Virus record (IMG/VR): IMGVR_UViG_3300011113_000640
Coordinates: 256,542-320,541 of that record
Reading direction: 5' to 3' (one strand)
Length of the DNA: 64,000 nt
Part shown: positions 18,398 through 25,907 of the stretch, one piece after another
Position numbering within the stretch: position 1 is the stretch's first letter
Layout of the letters: each line of letters opens with the position of its first letter
The notes under the pieces: generated by a model
What the model saw: the letters and a program-made list of their open reading frames with translations, nothing else
Database searches by the model: none
What the model was told of the DNA's origin: nothing
Position numbers and translations under genes: made by a program

Positions 18398-18988
18398 TTA
18401 CGTTACTTGCGTGGTACCGTTGCCGTTTTTAAAACCAATCTCGCCACCTTCTGCTTCAATCCTTTTGATCACATCTTCAAACAGGATAGGAGCAAAGTCG
18501 GTTTGTTCCACGCACACGCAATGATAACGAACATCAACTATGTCGGTGATCTTGCCATTGAATCCTGGCAACATCACCCGGTTGGCATGCAAGTGCCCGT
18601 GGATGTTGACACCAAAGCGACCAAGGCTTTCTGAGTGAATAGGAATATGGCTGAGTATCATGCCATTCATCACATGGTATCCACGCAGGCTACGGAAGTA
18701 AGGAGTGTAATCCTCATCCTTAAAGATATCGTGATTACCACGGATAAGAATCTTGTCACCATTGAGTCTATTCATAATAGGTAAACTCTTGCGGTTGATC
18801 ACTACATCACCCAAGTGATATACTTTATCGTTTGGACGCACACGCTCGTTCCAGGCCCGGACCATGAACTCGTCCATTTCGTTGGGATCTGTCCAAGGGC
18901 GAAGTTTTGTAACTCCATCGTTACGTGTGAAGCGACATACACCTGCGTGACCAAAGTGCGTATCGCTGACTAAAAATACTGCTGGCAT
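18398..18988 (-). CDS. Calcineurin-like metallophosphoesterase
   Basis: DTHFGH, HLGD, GNHD, GHLH motifs; start MPAVFLVSD. Confidence 0.9.
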   Translation of the reverse strand: MPAVFLVSDTHFGHAGVCRFTRNDGVTKLRPWTDPNEMDEFMVRAWNERVRPNDKVYHLGDVVINRKSLPIMNRLNGDKILIRGNHDIFKDEDYTPYFRSLRGYHVMNGMILSHIPIHSESLGRFGVNIHGHLHANRVMLPGFNGKITDIVDVRYHCVCVEQTDFAPILFEDVIKRIEAEGGEIGFKNGNGTTQVT

Positions 18989-19013
18989 AAGTGCCTCCTT
19001 TCTTTGTAAAACA

Positions 19014-19087
19014 TGGCGCCGGTCTAAGGAATCGAACCTCAATTAACGGTTTTGGAGACCGCTGTAATGCCATTATACCAGACCGAC
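19014..19087 (-). tRNA. tRNA-Trp(CCA)
   Basis: GCGGT-CTCCAAA-ACCGT anticodon arm, G73, encoded CCA. Confidence 0.95.
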
Positions 19088-19093
19088 CAAACT

Positions 19094-19171
19094 TGGAAGT
19101 GAGGGTGAGATTCGAACTCACGGCTTTAGGGATTTGCAGTCCCTTGCATTGGGCCACTCTGCCACCTCACT
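19094..19171 (-). tRNA. tRNA-Cys(GCA)
   Basis: AGGGA-CTGCAAA-TCCCT anticodon arm, U73, encoded CCA. Confidence 0.95.
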
Positions 19172-19254
19172 GTAATAAGCTCATAACAAAAATGTATTGG
19201 ATCCCTGGCAAAATCGCATATCGAATGCGATATATATTACTAGGAGTTATACAC

Positions 19255-19416
19255 ATGGAATACATTTTAACCTTATTTGTTTACTTCAACGGAGATCTCA
19301 TCCGTAAACTGGAACAACCAGTGGCCACTGCGGCCGTATGTCAACAACTCAGTGCAGGTCTCAACTTCCGTGATCCTGCTGTGACAGCCTTTGCCACTTG
19401 TCGTCCCAGATCATAA
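19255..19416 (+). CDS. Small protein inserted antisense within the tRNA cluster
   Basis: TAGGAG RBS then MEYILTLFVYFNG...TCRPRS (53 aa). Confidence 0.6.
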   Translation: MEYILTLFVYFNGDLIRKLEQPVATAAVCQQLSAGLNFRDPAVTAFATCRPRS

Positions 19417-19417
19417 T

Positions 19418-19491
19418 TGGTTGCGGGTGACGGAGTTGAACCGCCAACTGGAGCTTATGAGACTCCCGAGATACCATTTCTCTAACCCGCG
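19418..19491 (-). tRNA. Initiator-type tRNA-Met(CAU) with non-canonical anticodon stem
   Basis: C1-A72 mismatch, G2-C71, C3-G70, A11-U24, A73; anticodon stem GGAGT/GCTCC. Confidence 0.85.
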
Positions 19492-19497
19492 TCTGTT

Positions 19498-19671
19498 TCA
19501 CTGTTCCTGTTCCATTCTACGGAACTGTTCCTGCGCCCGAATCATAGCAGACGCACGATCGATCTTGTTCTGAAACAGTTGTTGCTTTTGTGCTTCGGTC
19601 AAGAATGCCGAACTCACATCATAAGCCTGTTTCACAATAGCGTCGTTGAGTTTTTTGTAATCAATTGACAT
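19498..19671 (-). CDS. Small hypothetical protein (57 aa), first gene after the attenuator
   Basis: Start MSIDYKKL with strong AGGAAAGGA RBS. Confidence 0.7.
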   Translation of the reverse strand: MSIDYKKLNDAIVKQAYDVSSAFLTEAQKQQLFQNKIDRASAMIRAQEQFRRMEQEQ

Positions 19672-19690
19672 CTTTTTCCTTTCCTCTATA

Positions 19691-19724
19691 AAATAAAAAA
19701 CCCCGGAGTGTTTAGTTCCAGGGC
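19691..19724 (-). terminator. Intrinsic terminator (attenuator terminator)
   Basis: GCCCTGGA-9 nt loop-TCCGGGGT followed by TTTTTATTT. Confidence 0.8.
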
Positions 19725-19750
19725 TTTTGAATATCGTATGATGTTTCGTA

Positions 19751-19852
19751 CTATTCCGTGCCCTGAATCTCATCCTCGCAAATCTGCCATAGACCAACCA
19801 CCTCATTGAAGTTGGGTTGTGGTACAAGATAGGTCACTTTGCGATTCAACAT
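19751..19852 (-). CDS. Putative leaderless leader peptide (33 aa)
   Basis: MLNRKVTYLVPQPNFNEVVGLWQICEDEIQGTE; ATG is the 7th nt after the TATAAT box. Confidence 0.6.
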   Translation of the reverse strand: MLNRKVTYLVPQPNFNEVVGLWQICEDEIQGTE

Positions 19853-19858
19853 AGTAGT

Positions 19859-19887
19859 ATTATATAGAGTTATTTATATCTTGTCAA
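19859..19887 (-). promoter_or_regulatory. Consensus sigma70 promoter with TATAAATA late motif in its spacer
   Basis: TTGACA-17 bp-TATAAT; TATAAATA at 19871-19878. Confidence 0.9.
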
Positions 19888-19902
19888 CCGGGTTTGGTCA
19901 AC

Positions 19903-19933
19903 AAAAAAGCCCCCGGGGGAGCTTTTTTTTTTT
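19903..19933 (-). terminator. Terminator after the porin gene
   Basis: GC-rich inverted repeat flanked by A and T tracts. Confidence 0.75.
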
Positions 19934-19949
19934 GGATCACTTTTAAAAA

Positions 19950-20690
19950 TTAATTAAAAGTTTTTGTCAAGCCAACTACCACGGCATTCTTGTAGAGCTT
20001 TTGACCGCTCACAGTGTTTGCAGTTTCAAAAGTTCTTGTTGTGCCAGAGTTGGTGAAATACTTTACACTGACGTCAAAGTCTTTGGGTAGACTGTAAACA
20101 AAACCAGCATTGATGTCATTGTAATCGTAGGCTGTGCTGTTGGCCACATTGGTACGACCATAGTGTGCTACAACAGCCAGATTCTTGATCACAGGAACTG
20201 GTAACTTGCCATCTGCTTGCACGTAGGTTGTGCCTTGAGCATTGGCTGTACCGAAATAGCCATCTCCCAAGGTTCTGCTATACTTGGCAGAAATGATGTC
20301 TTTGTAACCTAGGCCGACATAGCCTTCATAGGTGTCAAAGTTTGAACCAGTTTTTGCTGAAGTGGTGGCACGTGGATAGAAATAGTTGTAGCTACCGATG
20401 TCGATCGAGATGCCCTTGAAGATTTCTTTCTTGTAACCAGCGTAGAGATCACTCTCTACACCTGCACCATTGGTGTAGACTTGGCTAGAAACACTGCTGT
20501 TCCAGTTACCAATGTACAAGCCACTCTTGTGTGCATAGTCGATGCCGCCCTGAACTGCAGGAGCATTTTGGGTTTGGCTAACACCGCGGAAACGGTAGTC
20601 GCTGGTCAAACCTAAATTGCCGGTGAGTTGAGCTTGAGCCGAGGCAACAAAGCCAGCGGACAAGGCCAATGCTAATAATAATTTTTTCAT
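19950..20690 (-). CDS. TorF-family putative porin (TIGR02001-like outer-membrane protein)
   Basis: Signal peptide, SDYRFRGVSQT, PAVQGGIDY, terminal aromatic beta-strand (TKTFN). Confidence 0.85.
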   Translation of the reverse strand: MKKLLLALALSAGFVASAQAQLTGNLGLTSDYRFRGVSQTQNAPAVQGGIDYAHKSGLYIGNWNSSVSSQVYTNGAGVESDLYAGYKKEIFKGISIDIGSYNYFYPRATTSAKTGSNFDTYEGYVGLGYKDIISAKYSRTLGDGYFGTANAQGTTYVQADGKLPVPVIKNLAVVAHYGRTNVANSTAYDYNDINAGFVYSLPKDFDVSVKYFTNSGTTRTFETANTVSGQKLYKNAVVVGLTKTFN

Positions 20691-20766
20691 GCTTGAAGTT
20701 TCCTTTTAAAAGAATGCTGGGTGATCACCCAACTCTTTATTTAGTGGTTTTTACTTAGTGACCAAC

Positions 20767-20793
20767 AAAAAAGCCTGATTTCTCAGGCTTTTT
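20767..20793. terminator. Bidirectional terminator
   Basis: AAAAAAGCCTGA-TTTC-TCAGGCTTTTT. Confidence 0.85.
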
Positions 20794-20814
20794 ATTTTGA
20801 AACAACAAAAACTA

Positions 20815-21369
20815 TTAGAAATTCCGAGTATAATTAAAATTTATAATTTTTTGATCTACATCACCTTGCACACGATCATATCTTACACCAATTGTATCTT
20901 TTTTGGTAACAGCATAACCTACTCCGGCTCTCCAGGTGCGAGTAGTATCGTTCATGGCAGTGTTAAATGGAGTGCGAAAACGCCAGCCAGCACGAACAGT
21001 AAAGCCTGATGAGCCAAATGGAGCGGTAACCCCGGGTTCTACGCTATAGTATCCATAACTGCCAGTGCTGATATATCGTTCGCCAACACCTGTGCGAGTG
21101 TACAAGGTCGCAAACTTTGTCGGCAACAATCCAGTTACTCCGGCTTCAAGGCGAGTGCTGGCCAATGCATTGCTACCATTTTGGTTGATTTGTAAAACTC
21201 CTACATCACCAAGAAAGTTTTTGTTGATGTTTTCTCTGACTGCCAAGCTCCAACTGTTTTGATCTGCTGATTTGACATTGTCGACATTGCCATATTCGAC
21301 CGTGGCGGATCCTGCGTGGACCAAACCTGCGGCAAACACCAAACTTAGAATAGTTAATAGTTTTTTCAT
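20815..21369 (-). CDS. Outer-membrane beta-barrel protein
   Basis: Signal peptide, alternating amphipathic strands, C-terminal FNYTRNF BAM-type motif. Confidence 0.75.
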   Translation of the reverse strand: MKKLLTILSLVFAAGLVHAGSATVEYGNVDNVKSADQNSWSLAVRENINKNFLGDVGVLQINQNGSNALASTRLEAGVTGLLPTKFATLYTRTGVGERYISTGSYGYYSVEPGVTAPFGSSGFTVRAGWRFRTPFNTAMNDTTRTWRAGVGYAVTKKDTIGVRYDRVQGDVDQKIINFNYTRNF

Positions 21370-21436
21370 AATTGTCCTTAAAGGTAATTTAATGATATCG
21401 TATCTAGATTTAGTTATGACTCAAGATTAACGGATC

Positions 21437-21462
21437 AAAAAAAACCCGCCGAAGCGGGTTTT
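21437..21462 (-). terminator. Terminator after tmRNA
   Basis: AAAACCCGC-TTCG-GCGGGTTTTTTTT. Confidence 0.9.
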
Positions 21463-21464
21463 GA

Positions 21465-21745
21465 CATTTTTGGTAACAAGGCATGTCTGCCCCGGAGATC
21501 ATGCCGCTAAGGCAAAGACCTCGTCGTTAGCTGCGTTTGCAGTTATCATTTTGCTTCTACGACCAGGCTTTCCCAGTCCTAACGGGTTTCGCATTCCCGT
21601 GTTGCCGTCCGCATTGGCTCACCATGTCGATCCTGATTCATCCCCACCCAAGCATACTGGACAATACACTTGGGTGGAGATGCTGGGATTTGCACCCAGG
21701 TCCATAGTGCCTTCACTTGGAAGGGATTACAACAATTCGAAAAAC
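21465..21745 (-). ncRNA. ssrA: Circularly permuted two-piece tmRNA (outer ends approximate)
   Basis: Acceptor piece (T arm CTGGG-TGCAAAT-CCCAG, CATCTCCA) precedes the coding piece (5' GGGGATG at 21645); G3-U70 pair; tag ORF ANAANDEVFALAA* at 21499-21540. Confidence 0.9.
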
Positions 21746-21746
21746 G

Positions 21747-22004
21747 TTAACTCAACTTACGTGCCATTTGAGGCGCTGGCGTAAACGAATTCACTATAGC
21801 CAAATAACCGTCGGCTGACGCTTCAGTGCTGAATAATCTTATAAAATTGTCTGAGTAAGTGATTCCGTCTGAATTTGTAGTCGTCTGAGTATTAACTGAC
21901 ATGGTAACCGCTGCCACGGCTGGATCAGTGAGATATGCACTTAATTGATTCGTTTCTGCTTCAGTGCGAGCACGTCCGTAAATAACTTCTGTAAAATATA
22001 GCAT
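21747..22004 (-). CDS. Hypothetical protein
   Basis: 85 aa, AAGGA RBS, TATAAATA upstream at 22029-22036. Confidence 0.65.
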   Translation of the reverse strand: MLYFTEVIYGRARTEAETNQLSAYLTDPAVAAVTMSVNTQTTTNSDGITYSDNFIRLFSTEASADGYLAIVNSFTPAPQMARKLS

Positions 22005-22088
22005 GGCAATTCCTTATATTAATGTTGTTATTTATACGAACTCAAGATATACGAACTCAAGACTTATGTTTGGATTAACAATCAAATC

Positions 22089-22261
22089 CTACTTGCCAAA
22101 CAAATGAGCCACAATGCCCATGCCCACAAATACTGTCATGGCCGCAACGGCCGCCCAGGGGATGTTTTTTAATATGTTCATTGCTCGTCCTGATGTTCGT
22201 TGATCCACATGATACCATAACAAACTACCACAGCCAACAAGGCAAAAAATATCAACCACAT
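22089..22261 (-). CDS. Two very small hydrophobic ORFs (22178-22261, 27 aa; 22089-22181, 30 aa)
   Basis: Read manually; ATGA-coupled; each a single TM-like segment. Confidence 0.5.
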
Positions 22262-22263
22262 GA

Positions 22264-22455
22264 TTAATTATAGCCTTTTATGTGATTGTTGTCAATCGGG
22301 GGATTTCCTCGGGCCATGACATTTTCTAACTGCCGGGCACGATCACGTTCGGGCGGCAACGGACCACAACCCAGTCTTGCCCACTCGTCTTCGGAGTAGT
22401 AATAGCGTTCCACGGGCGGTTTCTTTTGCTGTTCCACGGTCATCGTATTTACCAT
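22264..22455 (-). CDS. Small hypothetical protein
   Basis: 63-aa ORF after tRNA-Ile2. Confidence 0.6.
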   Translation of the reverse strand: MVNTMTVEQQKKPPVERYYYSEDEWARLGCGPLPPERDRARQLENVMARGNPPIDNNHIKGYN

Positions 22456-22459
22456 GTTT

Positions 22460-22534
22460 TGGTAGGCCTTGAAAGAATTGAACTTTCACTCCATCGATTA
22501 TGAGTCGATTGCTTTACCATTAAGCTAAAGGCCC
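22460..22534 (-). tRNA. tRNA(CAU), most likely Ile2 (lysidine type)
   Basis: GGGCCTT acceptor, ATCGA-CTCATAA-TCGAT arm resembling bacterial Ile2, paired 1-72, encoded CCA. Confidence 0.85.
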
Positions 22535-22543
22535 AATAATTGT

Positions 22544-22572
22544 ATTGTAGCATCATGGCCCATAGTTGTCAA
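22544..22572 (-). promoter_or_regulatory. Sigma70 promoter for tRNA-Ile2, overlapping the amidohydrolase 3' end
   Basis: TTGACA-17 bp-TACAAT. Confidence 0.75.
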
Positions 22573-23530
22573 GCCTGTCACGCAAACCAAGGTAATTTTT
22601 GAAATAAAGAAGATCCTTTTGTTGAGCGGTAATGGGCAAAGATTCTACTGTGTTTACATCATGCAAGCTGTTGGCACCGCCCATGTCTCGGTCATGTGGC
22701 CAGTCTGTGGCAAACAACATGCGATTCCATCCCAATAGTTCGGCATTTTCAATAAAACCCGGCATTTCTGGTTCGGTGGTAAACCAAAAATTTCTGCGGA
22801 GATATAGCATGGGATCTGCAAATCCCAACTCCAGCATGCGGTCCTGCAGTTCATAGATCCAGTTGGTATCACGTTCGGCAATTACAATTTTGAGATCGGG
22901 GTAGCGATCCAGGGTTCCACCAATGATAAGGCTGGCTATGGTTCTTTTCCAAAAATGATGTGCTGGCCAGATTTCTTTAAGTAGTTGTAGTTCTTTGGCC
23001 CAGATGCTGGTGTCAGATTCAATAACGTCATTGATTTCGGTATGGTGCAGATACACCGGCATTTTTGTCTTGGCTATTTTCGCAAACAACACATCGTATT
23101 CTGGCATGAATCCCCAGGCTGGTGTTTCGCTCAAAAACACAGCCAAAAAATTCTGTTCAGCACGCAGTTCTAATTCTGCCAGGCTAGCCGTTAGATCCTG
23201 CAGGGCCAACCAAATAGTGGCACTGAAACCAGAGTTGTGGCTGACAATTTGATGCAGGTGTTCATTGTAGATCTGCATGACTTTGCGACCCACGTGTTTG
23301 GGTAATCTATAGTTGATGTTCAAACTGATGCCCATGAAGTTCAGCAACTGGTGATCAATTTTGAGTGCAGAGAATTCTTTCAGGCGATCATCGATATTGG
23401 TATAGCTGTGTCGTTTTTTTTCACAATACTGCTGATACCATTCCTGTATGTCAGGATGATCAAACACCGCAGGTGGAGGAGTATAGTGTGCATCAGCGTC
23501 AATGATCATATGATATTTATTGTTGTTCAA
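22553..23530 (-). CDS. Amidohydrolase family 2 metallo-hydrolase
   Basis: DADAH, YLHH, MLFATDWPH motifs. Confidence 0.85.
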   Translation of the reverse strand: MNNNKYHMIIDADAHYTPPPAVFDHPDIQEWYQQYCEKKRHSYTNIDDRLKEFSALKIDHQLLNFMGISLNINYRLPKHVGRKVMQIYNEHLHQIVSHNSGFSATIWLALQDLTASLAELELRAEQNFLAVFLSETPAWGFMPEYDVLFAKIAKTKMPVYLHHTEINDVIESDTSIWAKELQLLKEIWPAHHFWKRTIASLIIGGTLDRYPDLKIVIAERDTNWIYELQDRMLELGFADPMLYLRRNFWFTTEPEMPGFIENAELLGWNRMLFATDWPHDRDMGGANSLHDVNTVESLPITAQQKDLLYFKNYLGLRDRLDNYGP

Positions 23531-23898
23531 GGCCCGTAGTTGTCAAGAAATTGTTCCAAATTACCGTAGAGATTGACCATGACCGCTTCTCGGCTTCCAA
23601 AAAACACTATCTTTTTGGGTATGCCTTTGGTTGCCGAAATATAGTAAGGCATCTGCATTTTTCTATCCAATTTGAGCATGAGACGCTTGTTGAACGTCAA
23701 GGGATCTGTGATGGCATACTCGTAGTGCTCAAGATCCAACCGCCGAGACAATACATCATATCCAATGCCGGTCAAGCGCATGCCACCGGTACGTCTGATG
23801 TTGAACCACCAACTTGGCAAAGCTGTGTCCACAGGCACACGATCACTTTCGGGCAAGAGCTCGATGAGTTGTTGAGTCAGTAGATGTTTGTCACGCAC
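23527..23898 (-). CDS. Hypothetical protein (GTG start inferred)
   Basis: Longer ORF-track start overlaps the next gene; WWFNIRRTGGMRLT core. Confidence 0.65.
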   Translation of the reverse strand: MRDKHLLTQQLIELLPESDRVPVDTALPSWWFNIRRTGGMRLTGIGYDVLSRRLDLEHYEYAITDPLTFNKRLMLKLDRKMQMPYYISATKGIPKKIVFFGSREAVMVNLYGNLEQFLDNYGP

Positions 23899-23899
23899 A

Positions 23900-24187
23900 T
23901 CAAGGATATACCTGATCACCGGCTCGTAGCAACACCACGGTGAATCGGTCGGTCTTGAACTGTGTGTTGAGTTTCTTGGCCAAGTTGCGGGCATGTCCAG
24001 GATTGCTGAAACTAACCTTTTTGTATTTGGGCCCAGGATACTGCACCAGGAGATTTGATGTTTTGAGATTGATGGGTTGATTGTCAAAGAACACAGCCCA
24101 GATACCTTCACTGGCCAGGACCTGTTCGGTCTTGTAAGTGGTCTTGTTGGTGTGTTCGATCAACACCGTGGGTTTTGGGCGACTCAT
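23900..24187 (-). CDS. Hypothetical phage protein
   Basis: 95 aa, MSRPKPTVL...YKKVSFSNPGHA. Confidence 0.75.
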   Translation of the reverse strand: MSRPKPTVLIEHTNKTTYKTEQVLASEGIWAVFFDNQPINLKTSNLLVQYPGPKYKKVSFSNPGHARNLAKKLNTQFKTDRFTVVLLRAGDQVYP

Positions 24188-24232
24188 GTCATTATATTCC
24201 TATATTTTATTTATCTAAAAATATGGGTATAT

Positions 24233-24439
24233 TTAGAATGTGCCGCCTCCTATTTTGACCTCTACAACAGGCTCTTGACCAATTTTGTTAATTCGATCAT
24301 GTAAAACATGTAGCTCAGCCAACAGTCTGGTGATATCTGCATGCAGGGCACGGGCATCCGTCATGCTCATCACAAAGTCTCGATTGCCACGAGCATCATG
24401 CCCTTCTACTCGGTCAATGAACTTATTGAGATGAAGCAT
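24233..24439 (-). CDS. Hypothetical protein
   Basis: 68-aa ORF in operon. Confidence 0.65.
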   Translation of the reverse strand: MLHLNKFIDRVEGHDARGNRDFVMSMTDARALHADITRLLAELHVLHDRINKIGQEPVVEVKIGGGTF

Positions 24440-24881
24440 CGCCGGCTTGTTGTTCGGTGTAGAATGGCCCTTGATAGGGATATCGTTGTAGCACTATGAG
24501 TTTGGGAGCCAACACAGTGCGCCAATGACGTCCGCGGCGCACATTGTACCAACCTGCGGCAAACCACGATTTGCTCTTGGTTGTTTTGGTGTACACCGGC
24601 AACTGTTGCGGAACGTCCCACATGGGATTATGCACACGGCCTGCCACGGGATAACCATGCACATGGTCTAGCACTGCCCGAGGTCGAGTTTTTTTGATTG
24701 CAGGTTCAAACTGTATGTTCACCCGCTGTGCTGCCAGGCGTATGGTCTTGAACTGTGCTATCTGATTGTTGATCTTGACCTGATAACCGCCGGCACAGGC
24801 TTCCACATTGCCAACCTTTTGATCTCCGTCTTGCAAGATCCAAAACTTTTTGTCTATCACGGGTTTAGCTATTAGTTTCAT
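24423..24881 (-). CDS. Hypothetical protein
   Basis: Start MKLIAKP adjacent to the RNase H stop. Confidence 0.7.
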   Translation of the reverse strand: MKLIAKPVIDKKFWILQDGDQKVGNVEACAGGYQVKINNQIAQFKTIRLAAQRVNIQFEPAIKKTRPRAVLDHVHGYPVAGRVHNPMWDVPQQLPVYTKTTKSKSWFAAGWYNVRRGRHWRTVLAPKLIVLQRYPYQGPFYTEQQAGDASSQ

Positions 24882-25875
24882 TGAGCACTCCTTTGTATGT
24901 TTCATTCATCCAACGCCCAAAGCTGTCGGCGCTTTCACTGCATTTGTTTAATTCGTATTTGCCACAGAACTGCATGAATCTCACGCCCACTTGCCCCACA
25001 TCCTTGTGACTGACCTGTTCACGTATGGCTGCATCCACTGTGGCCTTGACGTCTGCAGGTTGTGCTGTCAAATCAATCAAGGTCCTGTTGCGTTCATAGT
25101 CATCCAACACACGATGTTCTACACCGTCGGGATCTGACCAGCGTTGCAACATCATGTTGTTCCAGTTGTAGCCTTTTTTGTCTTTGTCCGCAAACGCTTC
25201 CTGGAGTCCAACCTTGTTCTTAGTGCCCTTAGTTCTGACACCGGGATACGCTGAGAAGACGTTATCCGAACTATCTCCTCGCATACACTTTTCAAAGAGT
25301 AGCCATTCTGGGTTCGGCGTTGACTTAGGTTCTTTAGTTTTCTTATCGATAACCGCTTTGCCTTTGGCATCAAAGATTCCTTCCGTGGTGATTAGTTCGT
25401 CGGTGATTCCATTGTATTGTTTGACGTTGGCGGCTACCAGTTGGACAAAGTCAGTGTCACTGCTGATAACAACATGCTCATCTTGGGGATGTAGTGCGAT
25501 CCAGCGAGCTATGACGTCGTCGCCTTCGGCTGTAGCACAACGAATCACGCTACAGTTGGTTTTCTCACTCAAGTATTTAGTCAGATTATCATAGGTTTCC
25601 CAGAACATCTTGTCTTCTTCGACTTCCGCTTCTGTGAGTGCGGCACGGGCCACAGCACGGTTGTTTTTGTAGGGTTTGTACATGTCCTTGCGCCAGCTAC
25701 GGCCCTCCAGGGCAAACACCATATGATCGGCTTCAAAACGCCGGGCCATTTTGTTGGCGGCCATTAGGGTAACATGCAGGGCGAAACCTACTTTTTCCCA
25801 GGTATCGCTGGCACGGAAAGCACCGTGTCGGGCACGGAAGAAAAGATTGGCAGTATCTACGAGAACATATTTCAT
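24865..25875 (-). CDS. rnh: T4 RNase H-like 5'-3' exonuclease / flap endonuclease
   Basis: LVDTAN, AEGDDVIA, SSDTDFVQL, RGDSSDNV motifs. Confidence 0.9.
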   Translation of the reverse strand: MKYVLVDTANLFFRARHGAFRASDTWEKVGFALHVTLMAANKMARRFEADHMVFALEGRSWRKDMYKPYKNNRAVARAALTEAEVEEDKMFWETYDNLTKYLSEKTNCSVIRCATAEGDDVIARWIALHPQDEHVVISSDTDFVQLVAANVKQYNGITDELITTEGIFDAKGKAVIDKKTKEPKSTPNPEWLLFEKCMRGDSSDNVFSAYPGVRTKGTKNKVGLQEAFADKDKKGYNWNNMMLQRWSDPDGVEHRVLDDYERNRTLIDLTAQPADVKATVDAAIREQVSHKDVGQVGVRFMQFCGKYELNKCSESADSFGRWMNETYKGVLNETNS

Positions 25876-25907
25876 GTTAATATTATAACATGGATCTGGT
25901 CAAAAAG

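Noticed and set aside
18991-19254. Long plus-strand ORF 18991-19416 and minus ORF 18921-19157
   Set aside because: Overlap tRNA-Trp and tRNA-Cys; only the part from 19255 with an RBS is retained
19672-19827. N-terminal extension of the 109-aa ORF (MYHNPTSM...)
   Set aside because: Crosses a terminator and the leader-peptide frame; the strong RBS lies before MSIDYKK at 19671
21461-21784. Plus-strand 107-aa ORF
   Set aside because: Antisense to the tmRNA; no RBS or recognisable motifs
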